Shown here piece after piece: positions 49,810-58,378 of a DNA stretch of 64,000 bases (position 1 is the first letter of the stretch; each line of letters begins with the position of its first letter). Origin of the DNA: an uncultured Gammaproteobacteria bacterium (GTDB taxonomy: Bacteria > Patescibacteriota > Microgenomatia > UBA10105 > UBA927); contig CAYNJY010000003.1 of NCBI GenBank assembly GCA_964397755.1, positions 5,923-69,922 of the forward strand. The letters run 5' to 3'. Position numbers and translations under genes: made by a program. The notes under the pieces are model-generated. The model saw only the letters and a program-made list of their open reading frames with translations. It made no database searches and was not told the DNA's origin.

Positions 49810-51027
49810 ATGAGATACCACATTGTTACTTTCGGCTGCGCGGCCAATGAAGCCGATAGCGAGCGCGTTGCCTCGTACTATCAAGCTCGCGGCTACACGC
49901 CGGCGCGGACCATGAGGGAGGCAGATGACATAGTTATCAATACCTGTATGATCCGGCAGTCGGCCGAGCATCGGGTCTACGGCCTAGTCCACAATCTGAG
50001 CGAAGAGAAACGGAAAGGCAGGCGAGTCAAGATTGTTGTCACCGGCTGCATGGTCGGGATGGCGCTGCGCGAAAAAAGCGGCAGAATGCTCACTCTCCTT
50101 AAAAAGCGCATGCCGGCTGTTGACGAGTTTCTGCCGATTGAGGAGGTAGGCTTTGATTTTGCGCCTGTCCGGACCAAACCACATCACGCTTGGGTTCCGA
50201 TCACCAATGGCTGTAATAATTTTTGTACGTTTTGTGTCGTGCCGTTTACACGCGGAAGAGAGGTGAGCCGGCCATTTGAAGACATTCTCCTTGAGTGCCA
50301 CCAGCTTGTGCAGCAGGGCTATACGCATGTCACCTTGGTCGGTCAGAACGTGAACTCCTACGGCGCGGATGTATTGCTTGGGGAGAAAAACGTTCATGTG
50401 CTGCGAGATCTCGATGATAAAACGTATTTCAGTAAACCCAAACGAGAAGACGGAGTCACATTTACCTATAACGGCAAGACCATACTACCGACGTATGTCA
50501 AACATTTGGGAAGACTCCGGATACCGACGTTGTTTCCGTATGTACTCGAAGAGATCTGTAAGATTGACGGGTTGGAACTCGTCGATTTTATCTCCAGCAA
50601 TCCATGGGACTTTTCTGATGAGCTTATAGACGCGATCGCGAACAACTCCAAAATTTCCCGACACCTCCATTTGCCGGTACAGTCGGGGGATAACGAGGTC
50701 TTGCGGCGGATGAACCGATGGTATACGCGAGAGGAATACCTTGCGCTCATTGGTAAGATTCGAGCTCGGATTCCGGGAATAACCATATCAACCGATATCA
50801 TTGTCGGGTTTTGCGGTGAGACCGACGCGCAATTTAGAAATACCGTAGATTTAGCCAAACACGTCGGCTTCACGAAAGCCTACATCGCCATGTACTCCGA
50901 CCGCCCCATGACCGCGGCCCACAAAGTTTACACCGATGACGTGCCGCACGCAGAGAAAAAACGCCGTTGGTGTTTTCTTGAAAACTTTATCAATAAAACA
51001 AATCTTCAGAAAGGCACATACCGCTAA
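49810..51027 (+). CDS. miaB: tRNA-i6A37 methylthiotransferase MiaB (radical SAM MTTase) with a ~70-aa insertion
   Basis: N-terminal UPF0004 Cys triad, radical SAM CNNFCTFC, TRAM C-terminus. Confidence 0.9.
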   Translation: MRYHIVTFGCAANEADSERVASYYQARGYTPARTMREADDIVINTCMIRQSAEHRVYGLVHNLSEEKRKGRRVKIVVTGCMVGMALREKSGRMLTLLKKRMPAVDEFLPIEEVGFDFAPVRTKPHHAWVPITNGCNNFCTFCVVPFTRGREVSRPFEDILLECHQLVQQGYTHVTLVGQNVNSYGADVLLGEKNVHVLRDLDDKTYFSKPKREDGVTFTYNGKTILPTYVKHLGRLRIPTLFPYVLEEICKIDGLELVDFISSNPWDFSDELIDAIANNSKISRHLHLPVQSGDNEVLRRMNRWYTREEYLALIGKIRARIPGITISTDIIVGFCGETDAQFRNTVDLAKHVGFTKAYIAMYSDRPMTAAHKVYTDDVPHAEKKRRWCFLENFINKTNLQKGTYR

Positions 51028-51064
51028 GGAGACGCGCACATCATGTGAAGTGTTGACGAAGAGT

Positions 51065-52045
51065 ATGGAGAAGCTTCTTATCATCTGCGGTCTGACTGCG
51101 ACCGGCAAAACCAGCCTCGGGATAGCGCTTGCGAAACGGTTCAACGGAGAGATTGTCAGCGCCGACTCACGGCAAGTATACCGCACGCTTGACATTATAA
51201 GCGGAAAAGAGCTTCCGAAGGGCAGTAGGGGGCAGGTATCAGGTATTACGCTCACGATACGGAAGAAAGAATATCGATTAGGTATCCATACCATTGATAC
51301 GGTTCCTGTTTGGCTCTACGATGTGGTTGAACCTCATGAGTCTTTTAGCGTCGCGCAGTATAAGAAACTTGCCGCTCGGGCAATTGCGGACATTCGTACG
51401 CGGGGAAAGCTTCCAATTGTTGTGGGCGGAACGGGGCTGTACATCCGCGGTATCGCCGCACCGTTTGATACGATTGACATTCCGCAAAACGAAAAGTTGA
51501 GAAGACGGCTTTCTTCTGTGCGTACCCCCGGACTTCAACGGGAACTTCAGAGAACTGACACCCGAAAGTGGGAGTCGATGAAGGTATCCGACCGGGCAAA
51601 TCCGCGCAGGCTGATTCGCGCGATAGAAGTTGGCCTCTGGCGGCAGGAACACACCGGCGAACAAAAACGGCAACAGCAACCACTGGTGGACGTCCTGTGG
51701 GTTGGCCTTCGGGAGCCGATGGCCATGCTCACTCTAAAGATCAGCGCACGCGTTCGTTCGCGGTGGCATAGCGGAGCAGTCGAGGAGGCGAGAAGCATTC
51801 TTCGCCACGTGGGATCCCCCCTGCTTCAGTCTGCGACAGCGCTTGGGATCGACCCTCTCAGAAAGTATCTCGCCGGTCAACTCACCGAGGAACAAGCGAG
51901 TGAAGCATGGGTAAAGGAGGAAGTGAGGTACGCGAAGCGGCAAATGACATGGTTTCGGAAAGAGGAGAGGATCCGCTGGTATGATACGAGGGAGAAGGAC
52001 TTTGTGAAGGGTATCGAACAAGTTGTAAGAGAATGGTATACTTAG
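51065..52045 (+). CDS. miaA: tRNA dimethylallyltransferase
   Basis: P-loop GLTATGKTS and MiaA homology; ATG 51065 within ORF 50936. Confidence 0.9.
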   Translation: MEKLLIICGLTATGKTSLGIALAKRFNGEIVSADSRQVYRTLDIISGKELPKGSRGQVSGITLTIRKKEYRLGIHTIDTVPVWLYDVVEPHESFSVAQYKKLAARAIADIRTRGKLPIVVGGTGLYIRGIAAPFDTIDIPQNEKLRRRLSSVRTPGLQRELQRTDTRKWESMKVSDRANPRRLIRAIEVGLWRQEHTGEQKRQQQPLVDVLWVGLREPMAMLTLKISARVRSRWHSGAVEEARSILRHVGSPLLQSATALGIDPLRKYLAGQLTEEQASEAWVKEEVRYAKRQMTWFRKEERIRWYDTREKDFVKGIEQVVREWYT

Positions 52046-52051
52046 TCTACC

Positions 52052-53029
52052 ATGGTATCGAAAGTCGAGATTTCTCATAAAACAATCGTCTTCACGCTGG
52101 TGCTCCTTGCGGCCTTATGGCTGGTTATTCAAATCCGCGATATTTTGTTCCTCCTTTTCATCGCGTTTATCCTCATGTCTGCGCTGCGGCCGGTGGCCGA
52201 TTGGTTGACGAAATTGAGGCTGCCACGGATTCTCGCTATACTTTTTATTTACATTCTCCTCTTCGGTGTCGTCGGGGCGTCTCTTGCTGGCACTATACCA
52301 TCACTCGTTGCGCAGTCATCAAAATTACTCCAGGTACTACCGGCACTCTTGGGGCGCGTGTCCCCCTTCTGGAGTATTGATGCAGAGTCTATGGTCTCAC
52401 AGATTGCGCCAATTAGCGATAATATTTTGAAGGTTACGGTTGGTATATTTTCCAACATCATCACGACATTTACGGTACTCGTATTCACCTTCTACTTCCT
52501 CCTTGAGTACCGCCACACGGAGATGGTACTCACTGATTTTATGGGAGAGGCAGCGGCGAGACGTGTTTTAGAACTCATTAAGTCTATCGAAAAACGTCTC
52601 GGCGCATGGCTCAGGGGAGAAATCTTCCTCATGTTTCTGATTGGGCTCCTCGTGTACATAGGGCTGTCGTTTCTTCGGATAGACTTTGCCCTTCCGCTTG
52701 CAATCCTTGCGGGAATCCTTGAGATCGTTCCTACCATTGGGCCAGTCATTTCCGGAATCCCTGCGGTGCTTGTGGCGCTTGCGACATCTCCATTTCTTGC
52801 GCTGACCGTTGTTGCGCTCTATTTCATTATTCAGCAGGTTGAAAATACAATCGTTGTTCCGTGGGTGATGAAGCGAAGTGTCGGTCTCCCACCGCTTGTC
52901 ACTATCCTTGCTCTTCTGGTCGGCGGGAGACTCGCAGGACTCACCGGTGCAGTCCTTGCTGTTCCGATGGTGTTAGTCCTTCAAGCGTTCTTCGGATTCT
53001 ACTTTTGGGGAAGCGGGAAGAAAAAATAG
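52052..53029 (+). CDS. AI-2E family transporter (PerM/YdiK-like)
   Basis: 8 TM, AI-2E family pattern. Confidence 0.85.
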   Translation: MVSKVEISHKTIVFTLVLLAALWLVIQIRDILFLLFIAFILMSALRPVADWLTKLRLPRILAILFIYILLFGVVGASLAGTIPSLVAQSSKLLQVLPALLGRVSPFWSIDAESMVSQIAPISDNILKVTVGIFSNIITTFTVLVFTFYFLLEYRHTEMVLTDFMGEAAARRVLELIKSIEKRLGAWLRGEIFLMFLIGLLVYIGLSFLRIDFALPLAILAGILEIVPTIGPVISGIPAVLVALATSPFLALTVVALYFIIQQVENTIVVPWVMKRSVGLPPLVTILALLVGGRLAGLTGAVLAVPMVLVLQAFFGFYFWGSGKKK

Positions 53030-53039
53030 ACGAAGATTC

Positions 53040-53512
53040 TTTTGCACCTTGGAACCTCGTAAGCCAGATTCTGTTTTCCCAGTCATCATCCGGCTCAGCC
53101 GGACCGACCGGGTAGACTCTCATTTCTCTGATGCCCGTACACTTCTGCTCGTGCCAGGTACCGACTGGTATCTGGTCTCCCGAACGCGTGGTAACCCTTC
53201 GCTATGCTCAGGGTAAACGAGCAATTCGCCGGTTGCAGCGGGTGGGATTGTCATGCCGCAAACCACGTTGGGTTCACGGCTTCGTTTCACCCGTTTCCCA
53301 TAGCCGTCGGGCTCATAGGGAAACGATCGTCTCTGTGACTCTCTCAGCCTGTCGTTTCAGGCATCGTCCCCGACTCCTTTCGGCGCCGGGGCACCCGATC
53401 CGCCAGCTGGCGGACGTCCCGCTTACGCGGAATCCCCTGCGTTCTGCTGTCTGGACTTTCCTGGGGGTGCCGTATGGTACCCCCCGAGAGTCCGGATTCC
53501 AAGGTGCAACGC
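53040..53512 (-). ncRNA. rnpB: RNase P RNA (bacterial type A-like), about 470 nt
   Basis: Minus strand contains P4 halves CAGGAAAGTCCAGAC and ACAGAATCTGGCTTA; P1 GCACCTTGGAA pairs with TTCCAAGGTGC near the 3' end; no protein ORF with family signal. Confidence 0.8.
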
Positions 53513-53567
53513 AGAGTATAGCTGTTATGGGGGTTGTTTGTCCAATGGAGAAGAGGGGCTGGCGTGA

Positions 53568-53747
53568 TCACTCTTCTTGCAAGAGCTTGTTCATCATAAA
53601 CTCGAGCATGTCACTCCTTGTGATAAGGTAGACTTTCCCGGCAATTTTCTCGGCGGGGAGCTTCTTTTCACCAATCCAGCGCCGAACCGTGGTCGGGTGT
53701 TTTTTGAAGTGTTTCGCTACTTCCCTGACCGTCAAGTGGTCTTTCAC
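53568..53747 (-). CDS. small helix-turn-helix DNA-binding protein, excisionase/AlpA/MerR-N family (59 aa, GTG start; absent from ORF track)
   Basis: Manual translation (M)KDHLTVREVAKHFKKHPTTVRRWIGEKKLPAEKIAGKVYLITRSDMLEFMMNKLLQEE matches excisionase-family HTH consensus. Confidence 0.7.
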   Translation of the reverse strand: MKDHLTVREVAKHFKKHPTTVRRWIGEKKLPAEKIAGKVYLITRSDMLEFMMNKLLQEE

Positions 53748-53840
53748 ATGAACCTAGTATAACACACTATATCGTTTTTCCTCAAGGCGAAAGCAAACCC
53801 CCTATCGAACAATTTGTTTGAAGTGGTATATAGTAAACTA

Positions 53841-55367
53841 ATGCTGGCAAAGATTTTATCCGGGGCGGTGGTGGGGCTGGAGGCGGTGCCGGTGACAGTG
53901 GAGGTTGACATTGCTTCGCAAGGGTTGCCCTCCTTCACCATCGTTGGTTTGCCGGATAAAGCTGTTGAAGAGAGCCGCGAACGGGTGCGCGCGGCGATTA
54001 AAAACAGTGGCGCTGAGTTTCCTTCCAAGCGGATTACCGTGAACCTTGCCCCCGCCGACCTTCCCAAAGTGGGGCCAGCCTACGACCTTCCGATTGCCTT
54101 GGGCATCCTTACTGCTTCCGGCCAAGTTGGGCCACCGCGGGATGAGGCAATGTATCTGGGTGAGCTGTCTCTCGACGGGTCACTGCGCCATACAAACGGT
54201 GTACTGTCTCTTGCCATTCTTGCCAAAGAGCAAAAAGTCTCAGTTGTGTACTTGCCTTTGGTTGACGCGAAAGAAGCAGCGATTGTCGAGGGCATTTCCG
54301 TTTATCCTGTGCCGTCGCTCCTTGCTCTTTTTCAACACATTTCGGGAAACGAGTCGATTGAGGCTCACCCCTTTGTTTCGTTTTCGTCGCTTCTCACAAC
54401 TCAAATATTTGAATTTGATATGGCTGACGTCCACGGGCAGGAACACGTGAAACGAGCGCTGGAGATCGCCGCAGCAGGCAGCCACAACCTCTTCATGCAC
54501 GGTCCGCCAGGAGCTGGAAAAACGCTCCTTGCGCGAACACTGCCGTCAATCCTTCCAGCCCTGACTGAAGAAGAAGCACTCGAGGTGACAAAAATATATT
54601 CAGTAACCGGTAACCTCCCAGCCGGTGAGTCGGTGATAAAATACCGCCCTTTCCGGGCGCCGCATCACACCACCTCGCGGATTGGCCTGATCGGCGGGGG
54701 CACACACCCCATGCCCGGAGAGATATCTCTTGCACACCGGGGCGTGTTGTTTCTGGATGAGTTCCCGGAGTTTCCGCGGCATGTTCTCGAGGCCTTACGC
54801 CAGCCCATGGAGGACGGCATAGTTTCAATCTCCCGTGCGAGTGGAACGATGACGTACCCAGCGAAATTTAGTCTTATTTCTGCTTCCAACCCCTGTCCGT
54901 GTGGTAATTTTGGGTCTGCGACGAAACGCTGTACGTGTCTGCCGGGATCGATTTCCCGATACCAGAAGCGGTTATCGGGTCCGATTATGGATCGGGTAGA
55001 CCTGCATGTTCCGGTTCCTGCGGTTGCGGTTGAAAAGCTTACGGCTGGGGTAGCCAAGTCAGAATCATCAAAGACGATTCAAGCGCGGGTACAGGATGCC
55101 AGGGAAAGGCAGCGTAGGCGCCTTCGACCGTACCGCTTGTCCGCCAACTCTGAGATGAGCACAAAGATTGTGAAAGAACGCTGCCCGCTCTCAGAAGATG
55201 TTGTAGTGTTTCTGCGGCAGGCGACCGCCGCTATGGGTCTGTCTGCCCGATCCTACTACCGGGTCATTAAAGTTGCCCGGACTATCGCCGATTTAGCTCC
55301 CGAAAAAGAGATCGCCCTCCCACATCTGGCTGAGGCTCTCCAGTACCGCCCCAAAGAGCACGTATAA
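53841..55367 (+). CDS. comM: YifB/ComM family Mg-chelatase-like AAA+ ATPase
   Basis: Lon-like N domain, Walker A GPPGAGKT, ChlI-type AAA; ATG 53841 (ORF track 53814). Confidence 0.9.
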   Translation: MLAKILSGAVVGLEAVPVTVEVDIASQGLPSFTIVGLPDKAVEESRERVRAAIKNSGAEFPSKRITVNLAPADLPKVGPAYDLPIALGILTASGQVGPPRDEAMYLGELSLDGSLRHTNGVLSLAILAKEQKVSVVYLPLVDAKEAAIVEGISVYPVPSLLALFQHISGNESIEAHPFVSFSSLLTTQIFEFDMADVHGQEHVKRALEIAAAGSHNLFMHGPPGAGKTLLARTLPSILPALTEEEALEVTKIYSVTGNLPAGESVIKYRPFRAPHHTTSRIGLIGGGTHPMPGEISLAHRGVLFLDEFPEFPRHVLEALRQPMEDGIVSISRASGTMTYPAKFSLISASNPCPCGNFGSATKRCTCLPGSISRYQKRLSGPIMDRVDLHVPVPAVAVEKLTAGVAKSESSKTIQARVQDARERQRRRLRPYRLSANSEMSTKIVKERCPLSEDVVVFLRQATAAMGLSARSYYRVIKVARTIADLAPEKEIALPHLAEALQYRPKEHV

Positions 55368-55376
55368 AGGAGAAGT

Positions 55377-55404
55377 AAAACCCCTCGCCTGGCGAGGGGT
55401 TTTG
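55377..55404. terminator. bidirectional intrinsic terminator AAAA-CCCCTCGC-ctg-GCGAGGGG-TTTT between convergent comM and zinc-ribbon genes
   Basis: Perfect 8-bp GC stem flanked by A4 and T4. Confidence 0.8.
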
Positions 55405-55427
55405 TGAGCAGGAAAGAGATTGTGCGT

Positions 55428-55568
55428 TTAACCACCGATCTTGTACATACCGGTGCCGCAGACTGGGCACTTGCCTTTCATCGCCGGTTTGCCGTTTTTC
55501 ATAGTGACCCGAATGGCCTTAGGGTCATCCCTTTTTGCTCGGCACTTGACGCAGTACATCGTAGCCAT
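55428..55568 (-). CDS. small C4 zinc-ribbon protein (46 aa; absent from ORF track)
   Basis: Manual translation MATMYCVKCRAKRDDPKAIRVTMKNGKPAMKGKCPVCGTGMYKIGG with SD GGAGGTG 8 nt upstream. Confidence 0.65.
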   Translation of the reverse strand: MATMYCVKCRAKRDDPKAIRVTMKNGKPAMKGKCPVCGTGMYKIGG

Positions 55569-56042
55569 AGATTTCGTTCACCTCCTTCCTGGAGCAGGAG
55601 AATTATTTTTCTACCGTGAGAGTATTCGACCGAGCCACACCTCACCCACAAGAATAACTCCCGAGAGCACGATTGTTTTTACAAGATCTGACCCTATAGC
55701 ACCGAACTCGGAGTCTCTCTGGTGTTGAGATTCGAGTTTGGTTCCATGAGAGGAGAACGAATACGATACGACGGGGGACGATTGTGTTTGGCGGGAAGTA
55801 GGGAAACTTGGAACTACCGTATGAGCCTCGGCGGAAAATCGCCTACGCTCCGCTCCTTGTTTTTGTTTCTTTGTTTTTTTCGGCACAGTGAGGCTGAGCG
55901 TAGCACAGCCAGCCTCGGCTTGTCAACCCTGCATCAAGCTCAGGGCAAGCCCTTCGACTTCGCAAGAGGATACTTAGACACATTTTTTCAGTGATGAAGG
56001 ATTGACAACCACCGTTTTTGAATCGTAAGATGGTGGATACGA

Positions 56043-56510
56043 ATGGTGTTCAATAGCGTATCGGCTGCGATATTGGGAGGACTTTGGCTTTGGCTTGTTA
56101 TTGTAACCTATTTGTTTATTAGGCTACAGCGCCATTACCGTCGGCTTGCCAGCTCGCATGGGAAGAATTTACAGGAGCTCCTTGAGGAGATTCTCACATC
56201 GCAGCAGGTTGGGAAGAGGGCTGTCCAAGAGATACAAGGGCAGATAGAGAAGATAGAGAGAGAAGGAGCATTTCACGTCCAGCGAATTGGGCTGGTTCGC
56301 TTTAATCCGTTTGCCGATACCGGAGGCGCACAAAGTTTTACCTTGGCACTTCTTGACAAACACGCGAGCGGCGTCGTGATGACGTCTCTGTATGGCCGCA
56401 CGGTAAATCGTTGGTACGCCAAGGAGGTTGTCGAAGGGAAGGGAAAGGACGTAGAATTGTCAAAGGAGGAGGTAGCGGCGATCAAAAATGCGGAAGGAAG
56501 GAAGCGCTAG
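56043..56510 (+). CDS. membrane-anchored hypothetical protein, DUF4446-like (family assignment tentative)
   Basis: N-terminal TM, coiled region, conserved-looking RFNPFADTGGAQSF block. Confidence 0.6.
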   Translation: MVFNSVSAAILGGLWLWLVIVTYLFIRLQRHYRRLASSHGKNLQELLEEILTSQQVGKRAVQEIQGQIEKIEREGAFHVQRIGLVRFNPFADTGGAQSFTLALLDKHASGVVMTSLYGRTVNRWYAKEVVEGKGKDVELSKEEVAAIKNAEGRKR

Positions 56511-56514
56511 TACC

Positions 56515-57693
56515 ATGCAGAAACAACAATCTATTGTTACCGGACTTATCGGTCTGGCGCTGTATTGTATTGCAGCGGGTTTGTCGTTTGCAAGTTTCTA
56601 TAGCATGGCAACCCGGAAGACCTCGAAGGTAACTGCTCCGGCACCTCCAAAAGGGCCGCAAAAACATTTTGTTATAGACCCCTCGATCCCACGAAACGAG
56701 CCGTGTCCGATTAATGGGAAAAACTTTACCAAGCAGGAGCGGGATGTCTGGGGAAAACGCAGGCCGCTTGCGATCATGCTTGAAAATCACGCGGAGTCGC
56801 GGCCGCAATCTGGTGTATTGTACGCAGACGTCGTGTACGAGGCAGTTGCGGAGGGTGGGATTACGCGTTTTATGGGAGTATTCTACTGCGGCATTGCGGC
56901 GGAGTCCGTAAGTGTCGCGCCGGTGCGGAGTGCCCGCACGTACTACCTGCCGTGGGTTTTGGAGTACGACGCGCTCTATAACCACGTCGGCGGGGCTGGG
57001 AGGTGTCCGGATGAAACAGTTGATGATCGGGCGAAGGCTCTCTGTCAGATAGACCAGTACAAGATCAAGGACATGGATCAATTTGGTATTTCATTCCCGA
57101 CCTGCTACCGCAACTATGACCGGCTCGATCACCCGGTGGCAACGGAGCATACGATGGTGTGCGTGACAGACAAACTCTACAAACTCGCTGCCGAGCGCGG
57201 CTGGACGAATGTGGATGCCAAAGGTGTTTCCTGGGACAAGAACTTTGAGCCATGGAAATTTAAAGACGACATTGCCGAAGGAGAGCGACCGGCGTCAGCG
57301 TCAGCCAGTTTTGTCGCATGGAAGGGTTATGAGGCAGACTACGGTGTCCGCTGGGAGTACGATCGGATACACAATAGCTACCTCCGGTTTAACGGCGGTA
57401 AACCCCACACTGACCTTGAAACCAAAGAGCAGTTGACAGCGAAGGTTGTGGTTGTTATCTTTGCCAAGGAGACTGGTCCGGTCGACGAGCACGCCCACCT
57501 TCTCTATCAAAACGTAGGGAGCGGTGATGGACTACTGTTCCAAGACGGGAAAGCGACCAAGATCACATGGCGGAAAGACACGAGAAATGCCAGAACGAAG
57601 TTCTTCGACGCACGTTCAGGAAAAGAAGTATCGCTCAACCGCGGACAGATTTGGATTGAGATGCTGCCCACAGGAACACCGGTAACATACTAA
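56515..57693 (+). CDS. DUF3048 (YerB-like) domain protein, membrane-anchored/extracytoplasmic
   Basis: RPLAIMLENHAESRPQSGVLYADVVYEAVAEGGITRFMGVF matches DUF3048 N-terminal signature; ATG 56515 within ORF 56488. Confidence 0.7.
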   Translation: MQKQQSIVTGLIGLALYCIAAGLSFASFYSMATRKTSKVTAPAPPKGPQKHFVIDPSIPRNEPCPINGKNFTKQERDVWGKRRPLAIMLENHAESRPQSGVLYADVVYEAVAEGGITRFMGVFYCGIAAESVSVAPVRSARTYYLPWVLEYDALYNHVGGAGRCPDETVDDRAKALCQIDQYKIKDMDQFGISFPTCYRNYDRLDHPVATEHTMVCVTDKLYKLAAERGWTNVDAKGVSWDKNFEPWKFKDDIAEGERPASASASFVAWKGYEADYGVRWEYDRIHNSYLRFNGGKPHTDLETKEQLTAKVVVVIFAKETGPVDEHAHLLYQNVGSGDGLLFQDGKATKITWRKDTRNARTKFFDARSGKEVSLNRGQIWIEMLPTGTPVTY

Positions 57694-57761
57694 ATTCGAA
57701 ACGTGTCACATTGTGCACTTCGAAATTGGAGAATCGACGCCTGCCCCCCGGAAGGTGAATT

Positions 57762-58346
57762 ATGCAGCTTGAAGACATCATTATTTCCAGAGTACGGGTG
57801 AAGCTACTCTCGCTTTTCCTTTCAAACCCCGGCTCGATGTACCATGTTCGAGATATCGTGCGCAAAGTAGGAGAGGAAATAAACGCCGTCCGCAGGGAAC
57901 TCGCGCACATGGAGAAAGGGGGCATGGTAACGAAAGAGCAGCGGGCCAACCGCCTCTTTTATACCTTTCGCAAGGACTACCCGCTTTACTTTGAGCTCAT
58001 GGAGGTTATCGGCAAAACGACCGGGCTGGGGTGGAACATCGTCAAACACAAGGCAAAGCTCGGGAAGATCAAGTTTGCCATGCTCTCGGGAAGGTTACTC
58101 CGTTCCCTTCCTCGCAAATCGCAGTCAGACGTTGACCTTCTCGTTGTCGGCACGGTCGTGCTTCCGGAGCTCGCGCAGCTTATCAAGGCCGAGGAGGTGC
58201 GGCGGGAGAGGGAACTGAACTACACCGTCATGACCGAGGAGGAATTTCAGTTCAGAAAACGACGGCGAGATCCGTTTGTGCTCTCGATTCTTGAAGGATC
58301 GCGCCTGATGCTCGTCGGAGACGAAGAAGAGTTGGTCGCCCCTTGA
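57762..58346 (+). CDS. winged-HTH + minimal nucleotidyltransferase (Pol-beta superfamily) domain protein
   Basis: N-terminal wHTH; GRL...SDVDLLVVG fits the hG[GS]x9-13DhD NTase motif. Confidence 0.6.
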   Translation: MQLEDIIISRVRVKLLSLFLSNPGSMYHVRDIVRKVGEEINAVRRELAHMEKGGMVTKEQRANRLFYTFRKDYPLYFELMEVIGKTTGLGWNIVKHKAKLGKIKFAMLSGRLLRSLPRKSQSDVDLLVVGTVVLPELAQLIKAEEVRRERELNYTVMTEEEFQFRKRRRDPFVLSILEGSRLMLVGDEEELVAP

Positions 58347-58378
58347 ACTTACTACCTTCTCACACTACAATGTGATGC

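Noticed and set aside
53131-53631. 166-aa plus-strand ORF and overlapping minus ORF 53344-53571
   Set aside because: Region is the RNase P RNA gene (conserved P4/P1 elements on the minus strand); Arg/Pro/Ser-rich low-complexity translations.
55611-55886. 91-aa minus-strand lysine-rich ORF (and 55404-55619, 55441-55728, 55722-55994 plus-strand ORFs)
   Set aside because: No SD or family signal. They overlap the manually identified zinc-ribbon gene or low-complexity T-rich DNA; treated as non-coding pending expression data.
39524-56042. Genomic island bounded by the shared 12-mer blocks next to tRNA-Pro and comM/excisionase
   Set aside because: The intervening genes are core housekeeping (recA, recX, rny, hup, miaAB, rnpB). 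The repeats are permuted rather than direct. No integrase, transposase or phage genes are present.
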